In this document: one piece after another, positions 42,324 through 51,726 of the stretch
Layout of the letters: the number at the start of each line of letters is the position of its first letter
How positions within the stretch are numbered: the first letter of the stretch is position 1
NCBI GenBank assembly: GCA_903858275.1
Contig: CAIOIC010000028.1
Coordinates: 93,173 to 157,172, forward strand
DNA from: an uncultured Verrucomicrobia subdivision 3 bacterium
GTDB lineage: Bacteria; Verrucomicrobiota; Verrucomicrobiia; Limisphaerales; UBA11358
Direction: 5' to 3'
DNA: 64,000 nt
Notes under the pieces: generated by a model
Database searches by the model: none
The model's input: the letters and a program-made list of their open reading frames with translations, nothing else
What the model was told of the DNA's origin: nothing
Translations under genes and position numbers: made by a program

Positions 42324-44047
42324 AATTCCGCTGGACGCAGGCGCCGGCGCAGCCGCTGCTCGCTGGTCAATTGGCGACCCAACTGAAAATCTCCCCGCTG
42401 CTGGCGCAATGCCTCCTCAACCGCGGCTTCAGCGAACCGTCCGCCATCGAAAACTTTTTAACGCCGCGCCTCAAAAACCTGGCCGACCCGTTTTTGCTGC
42501 CGAACATGGCGGCCGCTGTGGACCGGTTGCTGCTGGCCCTCGAACGCGCTGAATCGCTCGTCATCTTTGGCGATTACGATGTGGACGGCGTGACCTCCAC
42601 CACGCTCCTGCTGGAGGTGCTGCGCCAGCTGGGTTGGTCCGCCGATGCCTATTTGCCGAACCGGATGGATGAAGGTTACGGCTTGAGCCGCGATGGCGTG
42701 GAGAACTGTCTCAAAAAATTTCCCGTGAAACTGCTGCTCGCCGTGGACTGCGGTTCAACGGCGGTGGAAACCATCGCTTGGCTGCGGGAGCGCGGCGTGG
42801 AAGTTATCGTTCTGGATCACCATCAAGTTTCGAATCCTCCGCCCGCCGCCGTGGCGCTCGTGAATCCGCAGCTTCCAACTCCCAACTCCCAACTTCCATC
42901 TCCTTTTACCGAGCTCTGCTCCGCCGGTCTGGCGTTCAAACTGGCGCATGCGCTGGTCAAGCGCGGGCGCGAAACCGGCCTGCCCGGGGCGGCGGAATTT
43001 GATCTGAAACCGTTGCTGGATTTGGTCGCGCTCGGCACGATTGCGGATTTGGTTCCGCTCGTTGGTGAGAACCGGATTCTCGCCACCGCCGGTTTGGAGC
43101 GGTTGAACACCACGCAGCGCCCGGGAATTCTCGCGCTCAAGGAAGTCGCGCAGTCGCCGGAAAAACTCGGCACCCATGATGTCGGCTACCAGCTTGCGCC
43201 GCGTTTGAACGCCTCCGGCCGGCTCGAGACGGCGGAAGCCTCGCTGCATCTGCTGCTTGCGGAAACTGTGGAGGATGCGCTGCCGCTGGCGCAAAATCTC
43301 GACGCCCGGAACCGCGAGCGCCAGACCATCGAGCGCAGCATCACCGACGCCGTCGCCGGCGTGGTGCGCTCGAAATTCGACGCGCAGAAGGACTTTGTCA
43401 TCGTCGAGGGGGAATTGCTCTGGCACATCGGCGTCGTGGGTATCGTGGCTTCGCGCGTGCTGCAGGAATTTTACCGGCCGACCATCATCCTCGGCGGTGA
43501 TGCCGGAAACTGGCGCGGTTCTGGCCGCAGCATCGCGGGCTTTGACCTCGCTGCGGCTTTGCGCGAGTGCGACGACTTGCTTATAAAACATGGCGGCCAC
43601 GCCATGGCGGCGGGCTTGAGCATCGCGCCGGACCAGGTGGATGCGCTGCGGCAGCGTTTGAATGAAATTGCCCGGCGCCGGCTGCGCCCGGAGGATTTGC
43701 ACCCGCCCCTGCGGCTGGATGCCGAAGTCGGTTTGGCGGAGCTGACCTTGGATTCGCTCGCGGAGTTGGAAAAAATGAAACCGCTCGGGCAGGGGAATCC
43801 GCCGCTGCAGTTCTGCGCGCGGAACCTGGCGCACAAAAAACCGTTTCAGCGCATGGGCGCAAAAAAACAGCACCTCAAATTGTGGGTGACGGATGGCACG
43901 ACCACGCACGAGGCGGTCTGGTGGAATGTGGGGGAAGGTTTGCTGCCGGCCGGCCGGTTTGATTTGGCTTTTGCGCCGGATTTGAACGAGTTCAACGGCC
44001 GGACCGCGGTGCAACTGAAAGTTTTGGACTGGCGGCCGGCCGGTTAG
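42320..44047 (+). CDS. recJ: Single-stranded-DNA-specific exonuclease RecJ
   Basis: 575 aa. DHH motifs (GDYDVDG, VDCG, LDHH) and DHHA1 (GGH..AAG). ATGA overlap with the terC-like gene. Confidence 0.93.
   Translation: MKFRWTQAPAQPLLAGQLATQLKISPLLAQCLLNRGFSEPSAIENFLTPRLKNLADPFLLPNMAAAVDRLLLALERAESLVIFGDYDVDGVTSTTLLLEVLRQLGWSADAYLPNRMDEGYGLSRDGVENCLKKFPVKLLLAVDCGSTAVETIAWLRERGVEVIVLDHHQVSNPPPAAVALVNPQLPTPNSQLPSPFTELCSAGLAFKLAHALVKRGRETGLPGAAEFDLKPLLDLVALGTIADLVPLVGENRILATAGLERLNTTQRPGILALKEVAQSPEKLGTHDVGYQLAPRLNASGRLETAEASLHLLLAETVEDALPLAQNLDARNRERQTIERSITDAVAGVVRSKFDAQKDFVIVEGELLWHIGVVGIVASRVLQEFYRPTIILGGDAGNWRGSGRSIAGFDLAAALRECDDLLIKHGGHAMAAGLSIAPDQVDALRQRLNEIARRRLRPEDLHPPLRLDAEVGLAELTLDSLAELEKMKPLGQGNPPLQFCARNLAHKKPFQRMGAKKQHLKLWVTDGTTTHEAVWWNVGEGLLPAGRFDLAFAPDLNEFNGRTAVQLKVLDWRPAG
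42875..42898 (+). repeat. Heptanucleotide tandem repeat (CCAACTC)x3.4 inside recJ
   Basis: CCAACTC CCAACTC CCAACTT CCA. It is 21 nt = 7 codons, read in frame as PTPNSQLP. Confidence 0.9.
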
Positions 44048-44080
44048 TTTCATGTCCGAGGTCGGGAAAAATGCGCCGCT

Positions 44081-44118
44081 TTGGACTTTAGACTTCGGAC
44101 CTTGGACTTTAGACTTCG
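44081..44118 (+). repeat. Heptanucleotide-based tandem repeat (21-nt unit x2) abutting the ispD start
   Basis: TTGGACT TTAGACT TCGGACC TTGGACT TTAGACT TCG, ending 3 nt before the ATG at 44122. Confidence 0.9.
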
Positions 44119-44121
44119 CCT

Positions 44122-44805
44122 ATGACATCAGCAATCATCGTCGCCGCTGGCAAAGGCACGCGCATGGGCGCGGGCGTGGACAAGCTCTGGCTTGAGGTCG
44201 CCGGTCGTCCGGTCATCGCCCACACCTGGCAGCGGTTCAACGCCGCGGCTTGCGTGGATGAAATCATTCTCGTCGTGCGCGACGGCATGCAGCCGCATTT
44301 CGCGGAACTCGCGGGAAAATATCGTTTTCAGAAACCGTTCCGGCTCGTGGCGGGCGGCGCGGAACGTCAGGACTCGGTCTGGAATGGGCTGGAAGCGCTT
44401 TCGCCGAAGACGGAAATCGTCGCCATTCAAGATGCAGCCCGGCCTTGCACCTCGGAGGATTTGATTGCGGCCACCATCCAGGCCGCACGTGAGACCGGGG
44501 CGGCGGTCGCCGCCCGGCCGGTCACGGATACGATCAAGGAAACCACCGATGGTAAAGTGATTTCGCGCACGGTGGACCGCTCCAAATTGTGGTCGGTGCA
44601 GACGCCGCAGACATTTCGGGTGGCAGTCATCCGCCGGGCGATTTCATCGGCGCGTGAGAAGAAACAGGTTCTCACTGACGACACCGCCGCTTGCGAACTC
44701 ATTGGTCAGCCGGTGCGGCTGGTGAAAAGCCCCACGCCTAATCCGAAGGTGACGGTGCCGGCGGATCTGCCGTTCGTCGAATCGCTGTTGCGGTCAGCGG
44801 CTTGA
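44122..44805 (+). CDS. ispD: 2-C-methyl-D-erythritol 4-phosphate cytidylyltransferase
   Basis: IIVAAGKGTRMG...DK, GG..RQDSV..GL, VQTPQ.F. Confidence 0.93.
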   Translation: MTSAIIVAAGKGTRMGAGVDKLWLEVAGRPVIAHTWQRFNAAACVDEIILVVRDGMQPHFAELAGKYRFQKPFRLVAGGAERQDSVWNGLEALSPKTEIVAIQDAARPCTSEDLIAATIQAARETGAAVAARPVTDTIKETTDGKVISRTVDRSKLWSVQTPQTFRVAVIRRAISSAREKKQVLTDDTAACELIGQPVRLVKSPTPNPKVTVPADLPFVESLLRSAA

Positions 44806-46137
44806 ATGGTTCAAACTGTTTACATGAAACGCCGTTTCATCTTTGGTCTGGTGCTCATTACGCTGCTGCTCAATCTCGCGGTGGGCGCGAAGATTTTCAT
44901 GAGCGTCGCCCGCCCGGCGAACGGCGAGGACGAAATTCAGGCCAATGTTGATTTGTTCACGGATGCAATCCGGAAAATCCGCAAGGAGTATGTGGATGGC
45001 AAGGATCTCACTTACCAGCAGCTGGTCTATTCCGCGCTCAAGGGCGCGGTCAGCAAGCTCGATCCGCACAGTGAATTTCTCAACGCGGATTCTTTTCATC
45101 AATTGCAGGATGACACCGAAGGTCAGTTCGGCGGGCTGGGCCTGGTGGTGGCGCTCAAAGGTGGCTATGTCACGGTCGTTTCACCCATGTCGGACACGCC
45201 CGGATTTCGCGCGGGCATTCTTGCGGGCGACCGCATCGTCAAAGTCGAAGGCAAATCGGTGGAGAAACAATCGCTTTCCGACGTGGTCAAACAATTGCGC
45301 GGCGAGCCGGGTTCATCCGTGACCATCACCATCGAGCGTCCGTCCACCGGCGCGTCGAAAAGTTATACGCTGAAGCGCGCCGTCATTCAGGTGACGATGG
45401 TCAAGGATATCAACGGACAAAAAGAATTTCCGGTTGATACCAACCAGGTTGGCTATGTTCACATCACCCAATTTGGCGACAAAACCGGCGAGGAACTGGA
45501 AGTGGCGCTGAGCCGGTTCAAGCAGCAGGGATTGAAGGGACTCATCCTCGACCTGCGCTGGAATCCCGGCGGATTGATGGAAGAGGCGGTGGCGGTTTCG
45601 CAGAAATTCTTGCCGCGCGGACAACTGGTGGTTTCCACCGAAGGTCGGCGCTCGGTGGACAAGTTTTATGCCAAAGGCAGCGGCGACAAGTTGAAAAATA
45701 TTCCCATGGTGGTGCTGGTGAACCTGGGCACGGCCAGCGCGGCGGAGATTGTCAGCGGCTGTTTGCAGGATTTGCATCGCGCGGTGGTGCTGGGGGAGAA
45801 GACTTTTGGCAAAGGGTCGGTGCAGATGGTTTTTCCGCTTGAGGATGGCTCCGCGCTCAAGCTGACCGTCGCCAAATATTACACGCCCAGCCACAAGGTC
45901 ATTCATCAGCACGGCATCACGCCGGATATTTTGGTGCCGGTCACGGATTCCGAGGAGGCGGCGGTGCTGCTGCAACGTTCGCCGGGCGGGGTCGAGACGC
46001 TGCCGGAACGTGATCGCGCTGCGGTGAAGGCCATCCATGATGAACAGCTTGAGCGGGCGCAAGATTTGCTCAAAGGCCTGATAATTTTCCATAAAATGAG
46101 CGAGCCGGTTCAGTCCAAGAAAATGGCGGCGAAATAG
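44806..46137 (+). CDS. C-terminal processing peptidase (S41 family)
   Basis: 443 aa. TM anchor, PDZ domain (GI..GD.I..V.G) and the S41 catalytic block (LVN..TASAAEI, GKGSVQ). Alternative start at 44824. Confidence 0.9.
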   Translation: MVQTVYMKRRFIFGLVLITLLLNLAVGAKIFMSVARPANGEDEIQANVDLFTDAIRKIRKEYVDGKDLTYQQLVYSALKGAVSKLDPHSEFLNADSFHQLQDDTEGQFGGLGLVVALKGGYVTVVSPMSDTPGFRAGILAGDRIVKVEGKSVEKQSLSDVVKQLRGEPGSSVTITIERPSTGASKSYTLKRAVIQVTMVKDINGQKEFPVDTNQVGYVHITQFGDKTGEELEVALSRFKQQGLKGLILDLRWNPGGLMEEAVAVSQKFLPRGQLVVSTEGRRSVDKFYAKGSGDKLKNIPMVVLVNLGTASAAEIVSGCLQDLHRAVVLGEKTFGKGSVQMVFPLEDGSALKLTVAKYYTPSHKVIHQHGITPDILVPVTDSEEAAVLLQRSPGGVETLPERDRAAVKAIHDEQLERAQDLLKGLIIFHKMSEPVQSKKMAAK

Positions 46138-46217
46138 TGTGAACCTGCGCGGTCGTATGTTTGAGCCGGCCTCTGACTTGGTGGCATTTTACAATTTGCG
46201 CTGCGACTATTAACGAC

Positions 46218-47303
46218 ATGACCCTCCTCGCCATCGAAACTTCCTGCGATGAAACCAGCGCTGCTGTGGTGCGCGATGGTAAAGTCCTGTCCAACGTCGT
46301 TTTCTCGCAAATCAAACTGCATGCTGAATATGGCGGGGTGGTGCCGGAGCTCGCCGCGCGTGAGCATTTGAAAAATCTTTTGCCGGTTGCGCAGGCGGCG
46401 TTGAGTGAAGCGGGAATCTCTCCGGTGCAACTGGACGCTGTCGCTGCCACCCAGGGGCCGGGGCTGGGCATCGCTTTGCTTATCGGCTTCAAAGCCGCGC
46501 AGGCCGTGGCGTTTGCCCTTGACAAACCGTTCATGGGTATCAATCACCACGAAGCGCACCTGTATTCGCCATGGATTCATAGCGTTCCGGAAGTTGCTTC
46601 TCCCTCGCCCCTCGGAGGGGAGAGGGCTGGGGAGAGGGATGAACTATTACCATTCGCCGACTTCACTGACTTTCAGCCCAACCTCTCCCTCATCGTCAGC
46701 GGTGGCCATACCATGCTGGTGCTGGTCGAATCCGAGCTGAAGCACCGCGTGCTCGGCGGAACGATTGATGATGCGGCTGGCGAATGCTTCGATAAGACCG
46801 GCAAACTTATGGGCCTCGCCTATCCCGCCGGGCCGGCCATTGACCAGTTGGCGGAGCAGGGGAATCCGAAGGCTTACGACTTTCCACGCCCGCTGCTGCA
46901 CGACGCCAATGACGATTTTAGCTTCAGCGGATTGAAAACCTCGGTGCGCTATTTCATTCGCGATCACCCGACATTGCTCGATGACCAAAAGCAGATTTGC
47001 GACCTCTGCGCCAGCGTGCAGGCGGCCATTGTGGAAGTGCTCGTGAAGAAAACCATTCGTGCTGCCAAACGTGAAGGGGTTCGCTGCATCACCGCGTCCG
47101 GCGGCGTGACTTGCAATCGCGGTTTGCGGGCTGAATTGGAGCGCGCTTGTAAATCGAACGGCTTCGCCCTGCGCCTCGCCGAAAAGAATCTTTGCACCGA
47201 CAATGCCGCGATGATCGGCATTCTGGCCGAAAGAAAGCTGATGGCGAAAGCGCCGTTGCCCGCGCTCAGCGAGGAAATCCAGCCCGGCTGGCAGCTCGCA
47301 TAA
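46218..47303 (+). CDS. tsaD: tRNA N6-adenosine threonylcarbamoyltransferase TsaD, with an internal insertion
   Basis: The start is taken at MTLLAIETSCDETS. HH.E.H, VSGGHT and DDAAGE.FDK motifs are present. An extra segment, SPSPLGGERAGERDELLPFADF, lies between the His pair and VSGGHT. Confidence 0.93.
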   Translation: MTLLAIETSCDETSAAVVRDGKVLSNVVFSQIKLHAEYGGVVPELAAREHLKNLLPVAQAALSEAGISPVQLDAVAATQGPGLGIALLIGFKAAQAVAFALDKPFMGINHHEAHLYSPWIHSVPEVASPSPLGGERAGERDELLPFADFTDFQPNLSLIVSGGHTMLVLVESELKHRVLGGTIDDAAGECFDKTGKLMGLAYPAGPAIDQLAEQGNPKAYDFPRPLLHDANDDFSFSGLKTSVRYFIRDHPTLLDDQKQICDLCASVQAAIVEVLVKKTIRAAKREGVRCITASGGVTCNRGLRAELERACKSNGFALRLAEKNLCTDNAAMIGILAERKLMAKAPLPALSEEIQPGWQLA

Positions 47304-47349
47304 TTCAAAACCATTTGCTTAACGCCGTTCGCGGGTTCACATTGCCCGC

Positions 47350-48291
47350 ATGAAAGCAGCTGTTTGGCTCGTCCTGATTTTTTTTGCGACCGCGCTTCAT
47401 ATGCCCGCGCAGGATAACGCGGTTTCCTTGCCCGACTTGCTTCAAGGCCTGCAACAATTGGCGCAGGCGAATCTCGACACCAACCTGCTCAACGCCGTGC
47501 CGGAAGTGGATGACAAAGTGGTCCGGGATTTTTTCCGCCAAATCCAGTCGCGTTTCCAGGGCCGCTATGTCGTTGACCTTGCTGCCCTGCGGCAGACGGC
47601 GAAAGCGATCCTGCCCTTGCTGGAAAGCAGCGAGGACACCCAGCCCTACGCTGCATGGTTGAAAGCGCAGATGCCGTATCTGGAAGTGGCTGATGAAATC
47701 AATGTCACCATCCCGCCGCCGCCTGCCACGGCGACCGATCAAGCGCCTAAAGTTGTGCCGAATCCGCCGCCGCAGCAGGCGCGCGAGATTTGGGTCAAGA
47801 AAGTTGCCCGGGAGCCGTGGCCCCCGGCCGCCGGGAAATATGTGACGGAACTCAAGCCGGTGTTCGCCGCCCAAAAAGTCCCGGCACAACTGGTGTGGTT
47901 GGCGGAGGTGGAATCCTCCTTCGACCGGCGCGCGCAAAGTCCGGCGGGTGCGGCGGGCTTGTTTCAATTGATGCCGGCCACCGCTAAGCGATTTGGATTG
48001 TCTCTCTGGCCCTTTGACCAGCGTTTTCAGCCGTCGCCGAGCGCCACGGCCTCCGCGCAATACTTGAGGTTTCTCCACGACAAATTTGGCAGCTGGCGGC
48101 TGGCGCTCGCCGCCTATAACGCCGGTGAGGGCACGGTGCAAAAGCTGTTGACCCGCTATCACGCGAAAAGTTACGACCAGATTGCGACGCATCTGCCCGC
48201 CGAAACCCAGATGTATGTGCCGCGCGTGGAAGCGGTGGTGCTTCAGCGCGAGGGCGTGAAGCTCGAAGAGCTTTCCGCCTCGCAAAGTTGA
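47350..48291 (+). CDS. Lytic transglycosylase (SLT domain) protein
   Basis: Signal peptide. The catalytic block reads AEVESSF......S.AGA.GLFQLMP.TA....AYNAGEG. Confidence 0.88.
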   Translation: MKAAVWLVLIFFATALHMPAQDNAVSLPDLLQGLQQLAQANLDTNLLNAVPEVDDKVVRDFFRQIQSRFQGRYVVDLAALRQTAKAILPLLESSEDTQPYAAWLKAQMPYLEVADEINVTIPPPPATATDQAPKVVPNPPPQQAREIWVKKVAREPWPPAAGKYVTELKPVFAAQKVPAQLVWLAEVESSFDRRAQSPAGAAGLFQLMPATAKRFGLSLWPFDQRFQPSPSATASAQYLRFLHDKFGSWRLALAAYNAGEGTVQKLLTRYHAKSYDQIATHLPAETQMYVPRVEAVVLQREGVKLEELSASQS

Positions 48292-48336
48292 ATTGGTTTT
48301 TCCCGTTTGCCGCGAATTGCTACGCTCCGCGTGTTC

Positions 48337-50874
48337 ATGAACAATCGTTTGCCCATCTACGAAATCGAGCGCGACATCATTGCGCGGTTGCAAGGCGACC
48401 GGCGCTTGATTTTGTCCGCGCCGACCGGCTCTGGCAAATCCACTCAGGTGCCGCAGATGCTGTTAAAGCACGGCCTGCTCGGCGATGGGCAGGTTGTCGT
48501 GCTCCAGCCCCGCCGCCTCGCCGCCCGGTTGCTGGCCAAGCGCGTCGCATCGGAACTCGGTGTGAAACTCGGCGATGAGGTCGGCTACCAGATTCGCTTT
48601 GAGAATGTCACCTCGGCCAAAACGAAGATTCGCTTTGTCACCGAGGGCGTTTTGCTGCGGCAAATGATTGATGACCCGAAGTTGAAAGGTGTTTCCGCCC
48701 TCATCTTCGACGAATTTCACGAGCGGCATCTTTACGGCGATATCACGCTGGCGCAGGCGCTTGGTTTGCAGGAGCAATATCGCCCCGATTTGAAACTTGC
48801 CGTGATGTCGGCGACGTTGAATGCGGGGGAATTGGAAAAATATCTCGCGCCCTGTGTCACCTTGTCTTCCGCCGGCCGCACGTTTCCGGTGGAGGTGGAA
48901 TATTTGCCGCATCGGCTTGGCCTGAACGCGCCGCCGGTCTGGGAGATTGCGGCCGGAGAATTCTCCCGCTTTGTCAATTCGGGTGGCGAGGGTGATGTGC
49001 TGGTGTTTATGCCCGGCGGTTTTGAGATTTCGCAGACCATCGAAGCTGTCCGTTCCACCCGTGAGGCAAAGGGTTTTATTGTTTTGCCGCTGCACGGCGA
49101 ACTTCAGCCAAAAGATCAGGATGCCGCCGTGGCGCGTTACGACCGGCGCAAAGTCGTCGTGGCCACCAATGTCGCCGAGACCAGCATCACAATTGATGGT
49201 GTGCGACTGGTCATTGATTGTGGCCTCGCCCGCATTGCCCGCTACGATTCCAACCGCGGTATCAACACTCTGTTGATCGAAAAAATATCCCAGGCGAATG
49301 CCGATCAGCGAACCGGCCGGGCCGGTCGCACCGCGCCGGGAACCTGCGTCCGCCTTTGGTCCCGTGCGGAACACGATGAGCGGGTGCCGCACGAGATGCC
49401 GGAAATTCGCCGGCTCGATTTGTCGGAAGTCGTGCTGACCTTGAAGGCGGCCGGCGTGGAGGATTTACGGAAATTCCGGTGGCTGGAAAAGCCGGATGAA
49501 ATTTCCCTGACGCACGCGGAGGAGTTGCTGGAGGATCTGGGCGCGATCGGGCATGACCAGAAGATCACGCCGGTTGGCCGCAAGCTGCTGGCGTTTCCCC
49601 TGCACCCGCGTTATGCGCGAATGCTGCTGGCTGCGCAGGAATACGGCTGCGTGCATCAAGCCTGTCTCGTCGCGGCCCTCACGCAGGGTCGGGACCTGCT
49701 GCTGCGCAATTGTGGCAAGGAAGTGGATTCCGCGCGGGAAGATTTACTGGGTGAGAAGGCGGGTTCGGATTTTTGGATTCTGATGCGGGCATGGAGTTAT
49801 GCGTTCAACCATCAATTCCGTATCGACGCCTGCCGTAAGCTGGGTATCCACGCCGTCACGGCGAAACAAGTCGGGCCGTTGTTCGACCAATTTCTCCGCA
49901 TTGCCAGGGATGAAGGCCTTGATACGCGGCCCAATGAGGTGAAGGACGAGGCCTTGCAGAAATGCATCCTCATCGGTTTCAGCGACCGCGTGGCGCGGCG
50001 GCTGGACCAGGGAACGCTGCGAAGCGAACTGGTGCATGGCCGGCGCGGCGTGCTGGCGCGCGAGAGCAGGGTGCAGCACAGTCCGCTGTTTGTCGTGGCG
50101 GAAATCCGCGAGGTGGAAGGCCGTGACCGGGAAGTGAACACCATCCTGTCGCTGGCCACGGCGATTGAAGCCGACTGGCTGCGCGAGTTGTTCCCTGACG
50201 ACATCAAGCGCGAGGTGCAGGTCCAGTTCGATGCGCAGCAGAAACGGGTTTTGGCGGCGGAGCTGTTGCGGTTTCGCGATTTGGCTCTGGCGGCGAAGCG
50301 GATTGACCCGCCGCCCGCCGAAGCCGCGGCGCGCCTGCTGGCGGATGAAATCATTGCCGGACGTTTGCTGTTGCCGAATTGGGACCATCACGTCGAGCAA
50401 TGGCTGGCGCGGCTGGATTTGCTGTGCCAACAATGCGCGGACTTGCAGCTGCCCGCCATCACGGATGAAGACAAGAAACATATCATCGCCGAGTTGTGCC
50501 ATGGCGCGGTGAGCTTTAAGGACATCAAGGAGCGCGAGGTTAAACCGGTCGTGATGTCATGGCTCTCGCAGTCGCAGCGGGAGTTGCTGGATAAGCATGC
50601 GCCGGAGCGGCTCACGTTGCCCAACGGTCGGACACCGAAGGTGAATTACGAGCCGGGCAAGGTACCGTTCATTTCGCTGCGCATCCAGGAGCTTTACGAC
50701 GTGAACCAGACGCCGAAAATCGCGCTGGGCCGCGTGCCGGTGACGGTTCACATTCTGACGCCGGGCATGAAGCCGATTCAGGTGACGCAGGATCTGGCGA
50801 GTTTCTGGCGCGAGCATTATCCCAAAATCAAATCCGAGCTGGCGCGGAAATATCCGCGGCATTTATGGCGATGA
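48337..50874 (+). CDS. hrpB: ATP-dependent helicase HrpB
   Basis: The start is taken at ATG 48337. APTGSGKST, DEFHER, SATL, TNVAETS.TI, QRTGRAGR, plus an HrpB-type C-terminal domain. Confidence 0.92.
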   Translation: MNNRLPIYEIERDIIARLQGDRRLILSAPTGSGKSTQVPQMLLKHGLLGDGQVVVLQPRRLAARLLAKRVASELGVKLGDEVGYQIRFENVTSAKTKIRFVTEGVLLRQMIDDPKLKGVSALIFDEFHERHLYGDITLAQALGLQEQYRPDLKLAVMSATLNAGELEKYLAPCVTLSSAGRTFPVEVEYLPHRLGLNAPPVWEIAAGEFSRFVNSGGEGDVLVFMPGGFEISQTIEAVRSTREAKGFIVLPLHGELQPKDQDAAVARYDRRKVVVATNVAETSITIDGVRLVIDCGLARIARYDSNRGINTLLIEKISQANADQRTGRAGRTAPGTCVRLWSRAEHDERVPHEMPEIRRLDLSEVVLTLKAAGVEDLRKFRWLEKPDEISLTHAEELLEDLGAIGHDQKITPVGRKLLAFPLHPRYARMLLAAQEYGCVHQACLVAALTQGRDLLLRNCGKEVDSAREDLLGEKAGSDFWILMRAWSYAFNHQFRIDACRKLGIHAVTAKQVGPLFDQFLRIARDEGLDTRPNEVKDEALQKCILIGFSDRVARRLDQGTLRSELVHGRRGVLARESRVQHSPLFVVAEIREVEGRDREVNTILSLATAIEADWLRELFPDDIKREVQVQFDAQQKRVLAAELLRFRDLALAAKRIDPPPAEAAARLLADEIIAGRLLLPNWDHHVEQWLARLDLLCQQCADLQLPAITDEDKKHIIAELCHGAVSFKDIKEREVKPVVMSWLSQSQRELLDKHAPERLTLPNGRTPKVNYEPGKVPFISLRIQELYDVNQTPKIALGRVPVTVHILTPGMKPIQVTQDLASFWREHYPKIKSELARKYPRHLWR

Positions 50875-50902
50875 AGGCGTTTCAGCCGCGGAGTTCGGCT
50901 GA

Positions 50903-51556
50903 TCAAGGGCGGCGGGCCGGACGGTTGGTGTTTTCCAGCCAGGCTTTGAGGCGGGCGAGTTCGTCTTGAATTTGGGCCACATCCGTTTCCAGCTTTCTCC
51001 GGCGGGCGACTTCGGCGGCATCCGGCACTAGCGTTTTGATTTGTTTGGACAACACTTCGCTTACCGCCTTGATCAAGGCATTGCTCAAGACCGCATTCGC
51101 CTGTCGGTTATCGGTGGTTATCTTGTCTTCGATCCGTTTTTCCTGATGGTTCAATGCCTCTTCGATGCGCGCGGTGCAGTGATATATCAAGTTTATCTGG
51201 TTGGTGTGAAAACTTGATGCCTGGGAGTTTTGCGCCTGTCGGTCAGCATCTGCCGTCTGAAGCTGCGACTCAATCTGTTTGCCGACCGTCAGCAACAGAT
51301 ACAGCATGTTGGTATGAAAGAACAGCGCTGCGTCATGGTTCTTTTCAAAGTAGGAGCTGCTCATTTTGTCAATCGTGGGCGGCAGCGATTTCAGCTGCGA
51401 TTGCAACAACATCACTTGGCTGGCTTGCATTTGTTCGAGTTGGGCAAGCTTTTGTGAGAGGGCATCAATCTTCTGGCCGTTCAATTTTGTCTGTTTATCG
51501 CAGCCGCAAAGCAGGACTGCGCCACCGAGTGAGAATAAATAGATGTATTTTTTCAT
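50903..51556 (-). CDS. Coiled-coil lipoprotein, hypothetical
   Basis: The start is taken at MKKYIYLFSLGGAVLLCGC (lipobox). Gln/Leu-rich heptad-like sequence. Confidence 0.6.
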   Translation of the reverse strand: MKKYIYLFSLGGAVLLCGCDKQTKLNGQKIDALSQKLAQLEQMQASQVMLLQSQLKSLPPTIDKMSSSYFEKNHDAALFFHTNMLYLLLTVGKQIESQLQTADADRQAQNSQASSFHTNQINLIYHCTARIEEALNHQEKRIEDKITTDNRQANAVLSNALIKAVSEVLSKQIKTLVPDAAEVARRRKLETDVAQIQDELARLKAWLENTNRPARRP

Positions 51557-51726
51557 GTTGAACCATGGGAACGACTCAAGCATCCGCAAACGAAAGCCGC
51601 CGGTTTCAGCCTTCCGCTCGTTCCCGCACCATTTGCCTCATGGAACACCCTGCCACGATATTCGTCAACCGTCATTGGCAGACAAATTATTAGAATGAGT
51701 CCGCCGGGACTGCTATTCTCCGCCGT

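Noticed and set aside
36734-44053. Long antisense ORFs 36734-37948, 39124-40764, 41487-42308 and 42755-44053
   Set aside because: Each lies opposite a gene with clear family motifs (ATP-cone kinase, secDF, terC-like, recJ), and each has shadow-type composition.
50882-50902. Terminator hairpin TCAGCCG-N7-CGGCTGA between hrpB and the lipoprotein gene
   Set aside because: The stem is only 7 bp and has no flanking T/A-runs, so it is too weak to call as a feature.
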